IMG/VR virus record: IMGVR_UViG_3300011437_000004 | Coordinates: 1 to 49,452 of that record | Reading direction: 5' to 3' (one strand) | Length of the DNA: 49,452 nt | From: a virus | Lineage: Duplodnaviria > Caudoviricetes | Shown here: piece by piece, positions 1-9,412 of the stretch | Numbering within the stretch: the stretch's first letter is position 1 | How the letters are laid out: every line of letters starts with the position of its first letter | The notes under the pieces: generated by a model | Database searches by the model: none | The model's input: the letters and a program-made list of their open reading frames with translations, nothing else | Told to the model about the DNA's origin: nothing | Translations under genes and position numbers: made by a program

Positions 1-123
1 TACTTTTCCCAGCCCCCTCGCCATACATCGCGTCCATCAACGACCGTACTTGCTTCTCAAATTTCGCATCTGTTTTGGCAGCGGCAGCGGTGCGTATCAG
101 TGCTGATTTGACTGCTCGCTGGA
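1..123. repeat. Terminal direct repeat (assembly overlap), left copy
   Basis: 1-123 is identical to 49330-49452, and an ORF reads through the junction in frame. Confidence 0.95.
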
Positions 124-337
124 TATTAGGATTAGCCGTACTGCGCGCGCCGCCAAACTGTACGCTGACACCAGCCGCGGGCGACGCAGCGCCAAGACTG
201 GCTGTGTCGTCACCGGCGCCAATGAGGGCGTCCAGCTCCTCCAACACGGGCTTGCCGCTTACTTTGGGGTCAGCGGCCGCGCTCTTGAACTTGTCAATGC
301 GCTTTTTGGTGCGGCGGACTTTGCGCTTTTTGGCCAC
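1..337 (-). CDS. N-terminal part of a 321-aa hypothetical virion protein spanning the circular junction (continues 49329->48701)
   Basis: Manual translation from GTG at 337, after GAAGGGGAG: MAKKRKVRRTKKRIDKFKSAAADPK...EKQVRSL, in frame with the 48701-49369 ORF. Confidence 0.8.
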   Translation of the reverse strand, partial: MAKKRKVRRTKKRIDKFKSAAADPKVSGKPVLEELDALIGAGDDTASLGAASPAAGVSVQFGGARSTANPNIQRAVKSALIRTAAAAKTDAKFEKQVRSLMDAMYGEGAGKS

Positions 338-344
338 TGGTCAG

Positions 345-1604
345 CTACTCCCCTTCGTCCGGCAACGCTTCAGTTAACGCCAACGGGGACGCCGCTGCCC
401 GCTCCTGAATCATAGACAGCAGTGAGCGACTGGCAGCCTTTGCGTACTGGTTCGGGTCGAACCGCTGCGCCAACCACGCATCCGTTTCCTGCAACGCCAA
501 CGATGACTGGTACGCCTCGCCGACGCGGCTATACTGCGAATCCCTCTGCGCGCGTTCGGCCTGCTGTTCGATGCTCTGAGAATTCTGCGCTGAACGGGGC
601 GGCGTAGAGCCCTCCCTGCCGTCTTTTGAGTCTGTGTCATCGCCTGACACCAGCTTTTTCAGTCGAGAGTTAAGACCAAGGATATCGCCCCACAAGTATG
701 CATTTAGCGCGAGACCGATGGCTTTGCCGCCTTTGGATCGCACGGCGTCGGCTGCCTTGCGCACCACGCTGCGCTGTTTTTCGGCGCGGACGCCTTTGCC
801 AGCGGCTTTGGCAAGGGCGGCCTCTTCGGCAGCGGTCATCGCGCCGGCGGCTTCGGACGCGGCAGCGGACTCGGCAGCTTTTTTGGACGCGGCCTCAGCA
901 GTTTCTTTGGACACGCGGGCGGCAGCCTCGCGGGCCGGCCCGGCCTTTGCGAATTCTTTCTGTCCTTTGCCTAATGCCTTGCGCGCTTTGACGATGGCGG
1001 CCTCGGCGTCGGCCACGGCGTCAGCGGACAGAACTACGGGCTTGCCCCCGCCCTTGCCCATCGTTACGGGCACCTCTTTGATGCGCTCCAGCATTTTTTT
1101 GGCTTGCACAACTTCCGCTTGTGCTTCGGCCAGCTTGCCCACAGATGCCAGCGAACGGACGCGACCCGTCAGTTTTGTAGTAATGTCACCCCATATCTTG
1201 GACACCGTGCGGCCTGCCAGCTTGGGGTCTTTACCTAGTTGTGACAGCGTACGGGCAGCAGCGGGTGCTTTGGCAGCGGCTTTGCCTACAATAATGGGAC
1301 CGGATGCCATCAGCTCCAATGGATTGAAGCCACGATTACTGTTGAGACCTATGATGTTGCTGGCGGTGGCGCCTGCAGTGTTGTAGAAACCGCGCCAGAA
1401 AGCGTTTTGCGTGTCGGACTCGCCCTGGCGTATTGAGGACTCCAGCTCGCGAAGACGGAGAGTGCGCATGGGGTTGGTGGTGTCGGAATCGGGTCCGAAG
1501 TGTGCGACGTCGGGCAGCGGATCTTCAGCGTCGATGCGACTGGTGTACGATGGCTCACCGGCCAGCATCGTGAGGCGGCTCAACAGAGAACTGTCTTCGT
1601 TCAT
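345..1604 (-). CDS. Hypothetical Ala/Lys-rich helical protein, probable internal virion (ejection) protein
   Basis: 419-aa ORF in the late arm downstream of the tail genes; function from position and composition only. Confidence 0.6.
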   Translation of the reverse strand: MNEDSSLLSRLTMLAGEPSYTSRIDAEDPLPDVAHFGPDSDTTNPMRTLRLRELESSIRQGESDTQNAFWRGFYNTAGATASNIIGLNSNRGFNPLELMASGPIIVGKAAAKAPAAARTLSQLGKDPKLAGRTVSKIWGDITTKLTGRVRSLASVGKLAEAQAEVVQAKKMLERIKEVPVTMGKGGGKPVVLSADAVADAEAAIVKARKALGKGQKEFAKAGPAREAAARVSKETAEAASKKAAESAAASEAAGAMTAAEEAALAKAAGKGVRAEKQRSVVRKAADAVRSKGGKAIGLALNAYLWGDILGLNSRLKKLVSGDDTDSKDGREGSTPPRSAQNSQSIEQQAERAQRDSQYSRVGEAYQSSLALQETDAWLAQRFDPNQYAKAASRSLLSMIQERAAASPLALTEALPDEGE

Positions 1605-1625
1605 AGCGGCAACTCTATAATTAGA

Positions 1626-1750
1626 GGGGCCGAGCTAACCCGCATCAGCCCGGCCCCCGCAATGCACCGTCACGCGGTCTAGCACACGCGACGGCTCCCA
1701 CACTCGCCGCGCCATCGATTACCTCAGCGTAGCGATTGAAGTGTAATCGA
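1626..1750 (-). ncRNA. Structured intergenic RNA (three hairpins)
   Basis: Minus-strand stems GGGGCCGGGCTGA/TTAGCTCGGCCCC, CCGTCGCGTG/CGCGTGACGG and TCGATTAC/GTAATCGA; mismatches resolve as G-U only on the minus strand. Confidence 0.45.
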
Positions 1751-1777
1751 CCCCGACCTGGAAGCAAATCGCAACTA

Positions 1778-3514
1778 TCATTCCACATCGAAGTCATCCA
1801 TGCTGTCCTGTGGCGCGGGGGGGCCGGCAGGAACCGATCGCATCCGAGGCAGTGCAGAGCCCATAGACTCTGTGGATTGCTGTGGTCCAGCAGGCGGACC
1901 GTACGGTGAACCACCAGCGGGGTTCATTGTGGCGGCGGCTGCGGCAGCGGGCGGACCCACGGCGGGACGGTCGCCCACGGTTACGTCCATGCCCAGTGTG
2001 TTGGCGATGCCGGCCTGTGATCCAGCCACCATGTTACCCAAGCGGGCGGCTGCCATCTGAAACAATGGATTATCACCATAGATGCTGGCAGAGATCATAT
2101 CCATCTGCTCGGGAGGCACCACGCCGTTTGGAGCCGATACGGCTGCGCTCTGCACGGCCATGACCCACTCGCGAATGACGCCCTTCTCTCCCATCGCTAA
2201 CTGTGACGTTGTAGCCGTCATGGCCTCATCAGTCTGGCTGAGCGTGTCCGACAGCATCGTTAACGCGGTCAGCATTTCACCTATTCGCTCACGCTGCGGC
2301 TCTGTCAAACCCGCGCCCATCTCGGTGAGGCCATCATACAACGGCACATCAATGAACTTCCCGTTTTCATCTTGCACCCGAGTAGTTACCTCGCCGGCGG
2401 CGCCAGCTTGAGCACCCAAGTAGATGCCTCGCATGGTGGGAATCAGCGACCCGTTCAGGTACGCCTGCAAAGCAGGTATTGTGATGTCGTTGCGGCCCGC
2501 TGCTGCGCCCTTCTTCAACACCATGCCGGGCGAGAACTCTTGAAGCATTTGACGGAGGGCGGGCACAGTTGCGGCAGATGAGCCCCCTGCTTGTTCTAGT
2601 AGATCAGCTACCAGCGTGATGGGGTTAGAGAAACTACGCTCCTCGCCCTTGGCCCACCCCGTTGTGATGCGACCGATCTGCTCTTGGCCGCGAATGTGTG
2701 ATCCAACGTCGGCAGCGCTGCGGGTATTTCGCATGGCGTTTACCATGCTCTGGGTGGTCCGCATCTTTATGCCTTGGTGGTGGTCCATCTCACTGATGAG
2801 CGAGCCAAACTTTCGCATATCCTGTTGGTTTTTGGCCATCATCTGACCAATGGAGTGCAGCGCTTGAGCGGGCGGCAACATGGACACAACGGCAGCGAGA
2901 CGCTGAGGGTTCACCGTGCCGTCAGGGTTCTGCACATCATCCACGGTGTGGGTCCACTCCGCGCTTTTCTTATAGTTTGTAATTGCGCTGTTGGCGTTCT
3001 CTAAACGCATAGCCAGCCGCTTTTGTGGGTTTTTCTCAGAGATCACAGCCGTGTAGCGGCTCAGGGCGGACGCTTCTAACTCAATGCCTTTTTGCCTCAG
3101 GTTGTCTCGTGCGATGCCAATCTGACGGGCCACGTTGTTCATATCCTTATTGGTCAAAAAATCAGGATCCTGTACCATTATGCTCAGGCCGGCGGTCATG
3201 GCGTCGGAATGCTCTTTGGTACCATTCATAATACCGCCGAATGCCGCGGCCTCTACTTCAGCAAGACCTTTTTCTTGTTCCCGGATGCGATCCTTCTTGC
3301 GGCGGTCGATGCGATCAAAGGCGTTGGCGAAAGAGTCACCGGCTGTCTCGATGCCTCGGCCAAGACCGTTTCCGCCCCCCGGAGGGGAAGGCGTACCGCC
3401 GCCGCCTCGCTGGATAGACTCAGGAGGCTGCACGGGACGAGGCGGCAGGACGGTGCGCTGACCCGGCTGCGTACGCTGCACGCCGCCCACTTCATTGGTT
3501 GGGACTACTGGCAT
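1778..3514 (-). CDS. Hypothetical protein, probable internal virion/ejection protein
   Basis: 578-aa Met/Ala/Gln-rich helical ORF following the nozzle, as in podovirus synteny. Confidence 0.6.
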   Translation of the reverse strand: MPVVPTNEVGGVQRTQPGQRTVLPPRPVQPPESIQRGGGGTPSPPGGGNGLGRGIETAGDSFANAFDRIDRRKKDRIREQEKGLAEVEAAAFGGIMNGTKEHSDAMTAGLSIMVQDPDFLTNKDMNNVARQIGIARDNLRQKGIELEASALSRYTAVISEKNPQKRLAMRLENANSAITNYKKSAEWTHTVDDVQNPDGTVNPQRLAAVVSMLPPAQALHSIGQMMAKNQQDMRKFGSLISEMDHHQGIKMRTTQSMVNAMRNTRSAADVGSHIRGQEQIGRITTGWAKGEERSFSNPITLVADLLEQAGGSSAATVPALRQMLQEFSPGMVLKKGAAAGRNDITIPALQAYLNGSLIPTMRGIYLGAQAGAAGEVTTRVQDENGKFIDVPLYDGLTEMGAGLTEPQRERIGEMLTALTMLSDTLSQTDEAMTATTSQLAMGEKGVIREWVMAVQSAAVSAPNGVVPPEQMDMISASIYGDNPLFQMAAARLGNMVAGSQAGIANTLGMDVTVGDRPAVGPPAAAAAATMNPAGGSPYGPPAGPQQSTESMGSALPRMRSVPAGPPAPQDSMDDFDVE

Positions 3515-3535
3515 AGGGGTTTCCTTAAAGAAAGG

Positions 3536-4879
3536 TTAGCCTTGGTCACGCCCGACGTAGCCGGCAGCAACCTGGGATCCGCCACCAATAGCGCTGCCGA
3601 TGAGGTTGTTGCGAGCGATGCGGTTCTGGAGGGCCATTTGCTGACGGAACTGCTCGTCTTCGCGGGAACCATTGATGGACGCCTGGATGGCCACGTTGAG
3701 CGGGTTGCTAATTGCGATCTCGTCTTGGAGGCGTTGGGACTCTGTAGCGTTGTGGAACGCGGTCACGTCCCATGCCACGTCAAAGAATCCCTGCATAATA
3801 TCTGAGAACACCAGCACGGGATACGTGGTCTCAGACGCCATTTTGAACAGTTGCGCATTGCCCTCTAATGCCATCTGGCCTGCGAACCGTTCAATTTCAC
3901 CACGTGCTATGGCGACGTTCTGGTTCAGCGTCGCCCGTGTCGTACGTAGGTTGGCCGCTAACTCAGTGCCCGCTTGCAAACCGCCAAGACCAAACCGCAG
4001 AGACTCTACGGCCTGCCCGCCAATGGCGCTCATTGCAGCCGCGGACGTGCTCTGTAACTGGGTTTCCAACTGTGATCGCAGCTCCATTGCGTTCTCATGG
4101 AGGCTACCCACCGCAATAGCCGTGTCCGCCGCGGCCTGCCGTTCGTACATGGCACGAACCGCGGTGCGCTCTTCGGGAGAAGTTGCCGACCCGCTGGCTT
4201 CCAACTCTGAAATATGTTGCGCATAGCGTTGCGCTGCTTGGGCGCGGATGCCGGTCTCTAGAGCACCAGCGCGACGGTACACGTCAGTGCCGAAGTCGGC
4301 CCGAATCTCATCGCGCTGGTACTTCAGTTCGCTGAGCATCTTGCGGCCAATGTCCACGCCCATCTTCGCGAACGACACGGAAGTAGTCTGCAACTGCCGA
4401 GCGCTTTGGATCCCGGCGGCGAGATCAGCATTGCCTTGCTGCTGTGCCTGGCCTAACTGACTGCTGACGCCGCTCAGGCGGCTTAGGCCAGTGCTCAGTG
4501 CGGATTCGGCTTGGCCCGCGATGCGCTGCTGGTTACCGCTGAGTTCACGCAACGCAGCATAGATAGACTCTCGCTCAGCGCCCTGCTGCTCGGCGATGCC
4601 CACAGGCGATGAATCCCGATTGCGTCCGCCCAACCGCAGGGACCCTGGTGACTGAGTTAACGATGGCTCATCATAGTTCGGGCGGTATCCCTGTAAGTTT
4701 TCGGTCTGGCTACGACCCTGCTGGGTGGTGAAAATGGCGCGACCGGCGGGTGACCGTACAATGTCACGCAGCCCCGGAATGAGCAACGCCGCCGGACCCA
4801 TCGCAAAATTCATAACACCCTCCCCAAACGAGGAGAGCACGTCCGTTGCAAGGTTGTAGCTGTTCGGACCCGTAGGCAT
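3536..4879 (-). CDS. Probable DNA-ejection/pilot-like virion protein
   Basis: Start moved to MPTGPNSY (GGAG upstream). Ala/Gln/Gly-rich coiled coil ending in a Gly-rich hydrophobic tail (LIGSAIGGGSQVAAG). Confidence 0.6.
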   Translation of the reverse strand: MPTGPNSYNLATDVLSSFGEGVMNFAMGPAALLIPGLRDIVRSPAGRAIFTTQQGRSQTENLQGYRPNYDEPSLTQSPGSLRLGGRNRDSSPVGIAEQQGAERESIYAALRELSGNQQRIAGQAESALSTGLSRLSGVSSQLGQAQQQGNADLAAGIQSARQLQTTSVSFAKMGVDIGRKMLSELKYQRDEIRADFGTDVYRRAGALETGIRAQAAQRYAQHISELEASGSATSPEERTAVRAMYERQAAADTAIAVGSLHENAMELRSQLETQLQSTSAAAMSAIGGQAVESLRFGLGGLQAGTELAANLRTTRATLNQNVAIARGEIERFAGQMALEGNAQLFKMASETTYPVLVFSDIMQGFFDVAWDVTAFHNATESQRLQDEIAISNPLNVAIQASINGSREDEQFRQQMALQNRIARNNLIGSAIGGGSQVAAGYVGRDQG

Positions 4880-4916
4880 GACCAAACTCCAAACCAGCAC
4901 GCAGCCCAGTATATAG

Positions 4917-7724
4917 CTAGGTACTGGTGCGGGATCGTTCGATTGTCCCATGAACCAACAGAGCGAGCAAATCCACGTCCAGATTGGATGACCAGCACTC
5001 TACGCCCGGACGAAGTATTGCGTCCTGTTCTTCAATTAATGCAAAGGTGTCATCGTTGGTCGTTTCGCTCATACCCGCTTCGGCGGTCACTTTTGCGGCG
5101 GTACGGTCGCGGCCCCATAACTGGTAGTACAATTTACGGTTTACGTTTCCGGAGCCGTCATCGCCGGCCATCTCGCCAATGGCAGCGCCCATCGCCGTCA
5201 CTTTGCGAAGCTGGAACAAGTCCAGCACTGGTGCGTTGGGCTGGGACGGATCCACCGACAGCGGCCACGCCGTCAGCCGCAGCGGAATGGCCGCGACCGT
5301 GAACCGATCCACACCCGCCTGGGGCCCGTCAGCGAAGCCCTGGCCAGCCCACGTAGAGAATGAGAATGTTAGAGTTACGTTGCCACCGCCCGACCCCGTG
5401 GACAATATGCGATACGGTCCACGCCACACCATAGCGCTCACATCATAGATGCGCACAAAGTGACCACTAATAGAGGAGTCCACAACTCCCGCGTATACGA
5501 TGTGACAGTTACCCTCAAGTGAGCTGAGAATGGTGCCGTTGAATGTCTGCGCGCCGGACGCTAGCTGGGCGGCGGTGGTGCGAGACGACCCTGCCCTCAG
5601 CGCGTCGGCTTCATAAACGGACAGCGAAGTCTCTAATAACAGAGCTACCCGCTTCACGCCGCCAAGCTGGATGTTAGTCGCCTGTGCCATCACGCTGAAC
5701 GGCACGTCAATCAAGCGGCTCCACACACCCTGGTTGACCCACAACAGCAGCATTTCGTTTTTGACAGGATTCAGAAACATCACAGCGCCCAGCGATGAGT
5801 CATACGCTGCATATACGGATGCGAGGTCGCTACGCCAGTTGTCGGTCTCGTCAAATACATGCTGGGTGGCGTTCAACAGGTCGATGGTGCCGTTAAGAAG
5901 ATCAATTGCGAGAATGCCCAGCGGCGATGCAGCGTATACGATGGAGCCCACGGAAACGGCTGCATAGCGGCCCAGCGCGCCGTGCTCGTTATGGATTACG
6001 TCGATGGCGAGACGGGAGCCGCTGCGATGAATGCGAAGCACCGCGTTCTGCATGATGGCCACGCCGAAAGTGCCCGCATTCAGCAGCGTAACGACGCGGT
6101 CGTTGAGGTCCGCGATGCGGCGGCGGTTCAGGACGGGCAGCACGCCACGACGGGGGATTTCCACAAAGTCCCACCGCACCACGTCAATCTCGGCACTGCC
6201 TTCCTTGGCCGATGCGGTCGTTACGCGAAGCAGAAGATCCTCATAAACAACGGCCAGCGACGTTCGGGGGTTGCCCCGCTGAAACACTGAAAACTCTTTG
6301 GCGTCCAGCGACGGCAGCAACGCTAGCGAGTCGTCTTGCAAGCCGGCGGGAATGTCATAGGTGAAGCGGGCCGTGGCCAGCGCGTTAAAGCCCGCACGCT
6401 CGAAGCCCCATCGCATACGGGCTTTGTCCACAATAAAGCTGCCGTTGGTTTCAGCTTCATTGCCTTTGCGGGACACGTTCCACTCCACCTGAACCACGAT
6501 GCTGCCCGATCCCAACAGTGGGTCCAAAATAGCTTCGTCCCACGTAAGCACGCCCGTAGCGCCGTCTTTGGCCGTGACCGTGCGGCGGAACGTTAGGCCG
6601 TCCATAAACTCATAATTAAGAGAGGCTGTATGGTATGTAAGATAAACGGTGTCGCCCACCGTAACATGCGTGACTTTGGAGGCAGCGCCAAGGGAGTCCG
6701 TCAGTGTTGTAGTGGTCAAAACCGTAGCGTTGCCGAAGAGAGCATTGCCACCCGTAGTAGTGCGACGGGGCACCTCCCATTCGGACTCCAGAACCAACAG
6801 ACCGCGGCTTTCCGTTGTATCATAGTCATTAACCACGGTGCGGAAACACTGTATAACAGCACGCGTGAACACGGCTGCATCAGTGTCTTTGATGCCCTTA
6901 GTTGGGCCGATCAAATTACTCATTAACTGGTGCAGATAGCCTGTACCGGAGTAGTTCGCGAGCGCGGCCGAATGCTCCACGGGTCCGCTGATGGCGCTGA
7001 CATAGCCCTGGTCGGGGAACACCACGCGGACCGCAAGCCCATAGCGTTTGTTGGCCTGAATATAAGACGGTGCTCCCCACACCACCGTGGCATTGTCGTC
7101 ACGCTGAAATGTGGGAGCTATGGCGTCAGCATTCTCAGCGGTGGGCACCCAGTCGATGGTTTGCCAACCCCCGGCGCTACCGGCGTACCGAGCAAGCTTT
7201 TCCACACGCATCGGTACGCCGGAACCCGAGTCCAGACGAGCCTCACCTACGACGATGAGCATCTGGTGATCTACGGCGACATCAATAAACTGGACTTCAT
7301 ATGCATCAGAGCCTACCGTGCCAAAGTCCACTACTACAGACGATTCCAGCGCGCCACCGTTCACGCTGAAGAAAGCAAACAGCTTATCCCGCAGTGTGCC
7401 CGGTCCCTGATTACCAAGTACCAAATAGCCCCGGATGATGCGATCGGAATCAGGACCCTGGGTGATTGCAAACGATTTGAAGAACTTCAGGCCTGTCAGA
7501 CCGTTCAAGCCCCACGCCGACCCCACTACGGTGTTGGGAAGCGCATGGGCCAGCTTGAAGCCTGGAAACCTACGAATGCGACGAGGATAACGGCCGTCGA
7601 CGCCGTCCAGCCGCGAGAACGTGCCCGGAATACCCACGCGGGGGTCCGTCTCCACGTCGAGGGCCGGCGACTCAAATAAGTACTGCCACGGCTGCTGATG
7701 CTGTGTCGCCGGCGCGTACGGCAC
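4917..7724 (-). CDS. Probable tail nozzle / tail tubular protein B-like protein
   Basis: 935-aa beta-rich ORF placed after the adaptor-like gene; size and position fit podovirus nozzles. Confidence 0.6.
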   Translation of the reverse strand: MPYAPATQHQQPWQYLFESPALDVETDPRVGIPGTFSRLDGVDGRYPRRIRRFPGFKLAHALPNTVVGSAWGLNGLTGLKFFKSFAITQGPDSDRIIRGYLVLGNQGPGTLRDKLFAFFSVNGGALESSVVVDFGTVGSDAYEVQFIDVAVDHQMLIVVGEARLDSGSGVPMRVEKLARYAGSAGGWQTIDWVPTAENADAIAPTFQRDDNATVVWGAPSYIQANKRYGLAVRVVFPDQGYVSAISGPVEHSAALANYSGTGYLHQLMSNLIGPTKGIKDTDAAVFTRAVIQCFRTVVNDYDTTESRGLLVLESEWEVPRRTTTGGNALFGNATVLTTTTLTDSLGAASKVTHVTVGDTVYLTYHTASLNYEFMDGLTFRRTVTAKDGATGVLTWDEAILDPLLGSGSIVVQVEWNVSRKGNEAETNGSFIVDKARMRWGFERAGFNALATARFTYDIPAGLQDDSLALLPSLDAKEFSVFQRGNPRTSLAVVYEDLLLRVTTASAKEGSAEIDVVRWDFVEIPRRGVLPVLNRRRIADLNDRVVTLLNAGTFGVAIMQNAVLRIHRSGSRLAIDVIHNEHGALGRYAAVSVGSIVYAASPLGILAIDLLNGTIDLLNATQHVFDETDNWRSDLASVYAAYDSSLGAVMFLNPVKNEMLLLWVNQGVWSRLIDVPFSVMAQATNIQLGGVKRVALLLETSLSVYEADALRAGSSRTTAAQLASGAQTFNGTILSSLEGNCHIVYAGVVDSSISGHFVRIYDVSAMVWRGPYRILSTGSGGGNVTLTFSFSTWAGQGFADGPQAGVDRFTVAAIPLRLTAWPLSVDPSQPNAPVLDLFQLRKVTAMGAAIGEMAGDDGSGNVNRKLYYQLWGRDRTAAKVTAEAGMSETTNDDTFALIEEQDAILRPGVECWSSNLDVDLLALLVHGTIERSRTST

Positions 7725-7726
7725 GA

Positions 7727-7960
7727 TTAACCCTCAACAGGTAGAAAGAACTCATCGCCTTGGGACGCACCACCGCCGAAGGCCACGGGCCCACTCGGTC
7801 GAATCGCATTTAGCGACCGCTTTACTTCAACCTCACGGGCCAGCCCAAGGCGGCGGCGACGAAATCCAAAAACAGCCGTGTTACCAATGAGCGGACCGCT
7901 GCCCGTGGGATTGTTCGACGGCTTGGTGTCCTTTGGTTTTACTAACGGAGACATAATCAT
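7727..7960 (-). CDS. Small hypothetical protein
   Basis: 77 aa; start overlaps the upstream stop and the ORF fills the gap in the operon. Confidence 0.55.
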   Translation of the reverse strand: MIMSPLVKPKDTKPSNNPTGSGPLIGNTAVFGFRRRRLGLAREVEVKRSLNAIRPSGPVAFGGGASQGDEFFLPVEG

Positions 7961-8817
7961 CGTGTTCTCAACCGGCCCCGTGTTTTGCGTTCAAACTTGC
8001 CACCGCGTCGCTGTTCGCCATTGTTGCGATCCAACCGATATCCCCGCATCGTATCTGTGTATTCGGCCATGATGGAGTTTCTTCGCGGTGTGTCCACGGT
8101 GATGGCTGCCAGGAACCACGCGGTCCGCAGCGCGATCAACTCCATAAACTGATACGCGCCGCTGGGCACCACCTCAAAGTTGCCGGTCACAATAGTTAAT
8201 GCCGGCTCTACCGCGAACTCCTGCGTCGCGGCGCCATACGTGACTACGTTGCGTTTTTCCCACGGCGCGCCCGTCAACGTGTGCAGCGTGTATCCCACAT
8301 ATGCATTGCGAGAACGATCCACAGTACCCGCCACTACGGTGTTCACAGTCACGCCGGCGGGGGACCACGCCGTCCCAACGGCCTCAAACGCGGTCACATC
8401 ACCACGCGGCACATACTTGAGATACAGCGGCCCCTCGGTGTAGCCCCACTTGGGTTCGGTCCGCAGAAAGTTTTCCTCAAATTCGATCATTGGCCCGCGC
8501 GGATGCAACGGGCTACGGGGGATGATTTCGCCCAAAACCTCGCCCGTTGTGGGATCCAAACGCTCCAACGCCAGGAATGTTCCAAAGTTGCCAGGCAACT
8601 CGTAGTACTGGACAGACTCAACAAAAGTAATGGGCACACGGGCTTTGGGCTTGAACTTGTCCGCCCGGTTCAGGTCCCCAAACACTGTGCCACACGCCTT
8701 CTGCACATAAGTAAGCAGTTCGGCATCGCTGAACTTCACAGACATGCCGCGATCATCGCAATACTTGCGTATGCGATTGGTCACTTGTGACAGGAAGCCC
8801 ACACCCGCGACAGCCAT
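7957..8817 (-). CDS. Probable head-tail adaptor (tail tubular protein A-like)
   Basis: 286 aa; N-terminal IRKYCDD...FSDAELLTYV helix and YYELPGNF resemble podovirus adaptors; located after the capsid gene. Confidence 0.6.
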   Translation of the reverse strand: MAVAGVGFLSQVTNRIRKYCDDRGMSVKFSDAELLTYVQKACGTVFGDLNRADKFKPKARVPITFVESVQYYELPGNFGTFLALERLDPTTGEVLGEIIPRSPLHPRGPMIEFEENFLRTEPKWGYTEGPLYLKYVPRGDVTAFEAVGTAWSPAGVTVNTVVAGTVDRSRNAYVGYTLHTLTGAPWEKRNVVTYGAATQEFAVEPALTIVTGNFEVVPSGAYQFMELIALRTAWFLAAITVDTPRRNSIMAEYTDTMRGYRLDRNNGEQRRGGKFERKTRGRLRTR

Positions 8818-8828
8818 CGTGCAACCCC

Positions 8829-9323
8829 CTAGACCGCGTTGGGCCCAAAGATGTCTTTCGCCGATGCATCGATTGCATCCTCAGCCGCCAGATTGCTGGT
8901 CTCTTTGAAGATGTCCGCCCGCACGCTGCCCATCCGTGCTTTAACGATACCCAGCATCTTACGCTGCCCCTCGGCGTACTCACGGGCCTCGGTGTTGATA
9001 GCGCCTAGCCGCTTACGCTGGCCCGCTCGCACCTGCCTCCGCGCTTCGGCCTTGGTTATCAGCCGCGTCATTCTGTTAATAATTGACTGCGCATTTTCTC
9101 GGGTGCAGAACGGGCCCTCACCTTTGCCATCGCCCAACTGTCCAATGTCCAGCATTGTCTTGCCGCCCCAGTTATCACCCGCGACCATCGCAACGGCCCA
9201 GTGGCCCGTAACTCTATTGCGAAAAGTAAATATGTATGGCCGTTTCAGCTCCCGCCTCAGATACGCTTGCACGGGTAGGTCCACGAACTCTATCAAGTCA
9301 GGATCATAACCGTATGAGAACAT
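8829..9323 (-). CDS. Hypothetical protein
   Basis: 164-aa ORF between capsid and adaptor. Confidence 0.7.
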   Translation of the reverse strand: MFSYGYDPDLIEFVDLPVQAYLRRELKRPYIFTFRNRVTGHWAVAMVAGDNWGGKTMLDIGQLGDGKGEGPFCTRENAQSIINRMTRLITKAEARRQVRAGQRKRLGAINTEAREYAEGQRKMLGIVKARMGSVRADIFKETSNLAAEDAIDASAKDIFGPNAV

Positions 9324-9332
9324 AGACTCTCA

Positions 9333-9386
9333 CAAAAGAAGGGGCCCCGCAGTGTTGGCGGTACTCAGATCAACTGCGGAGCCCCT
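9333..9386 (-). terminator. Intrinsic terminator after the major capsid gene
   Basis: Minus strand AGGGGCTCCGCAGT...ACTGCGGGGCCCCT followed by TCTTTTG. Confidence 0.65.
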
Positions 9387-9412
9387 AAAAAAACACTCAA
9401 ATCACGCTACAG

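Noticed and set aside
1-123. 123-bp end repeat as a biological terminal repeat
   Set aside because: It falls in mid-gene and is best explained as assembler overlap of a circular contig.
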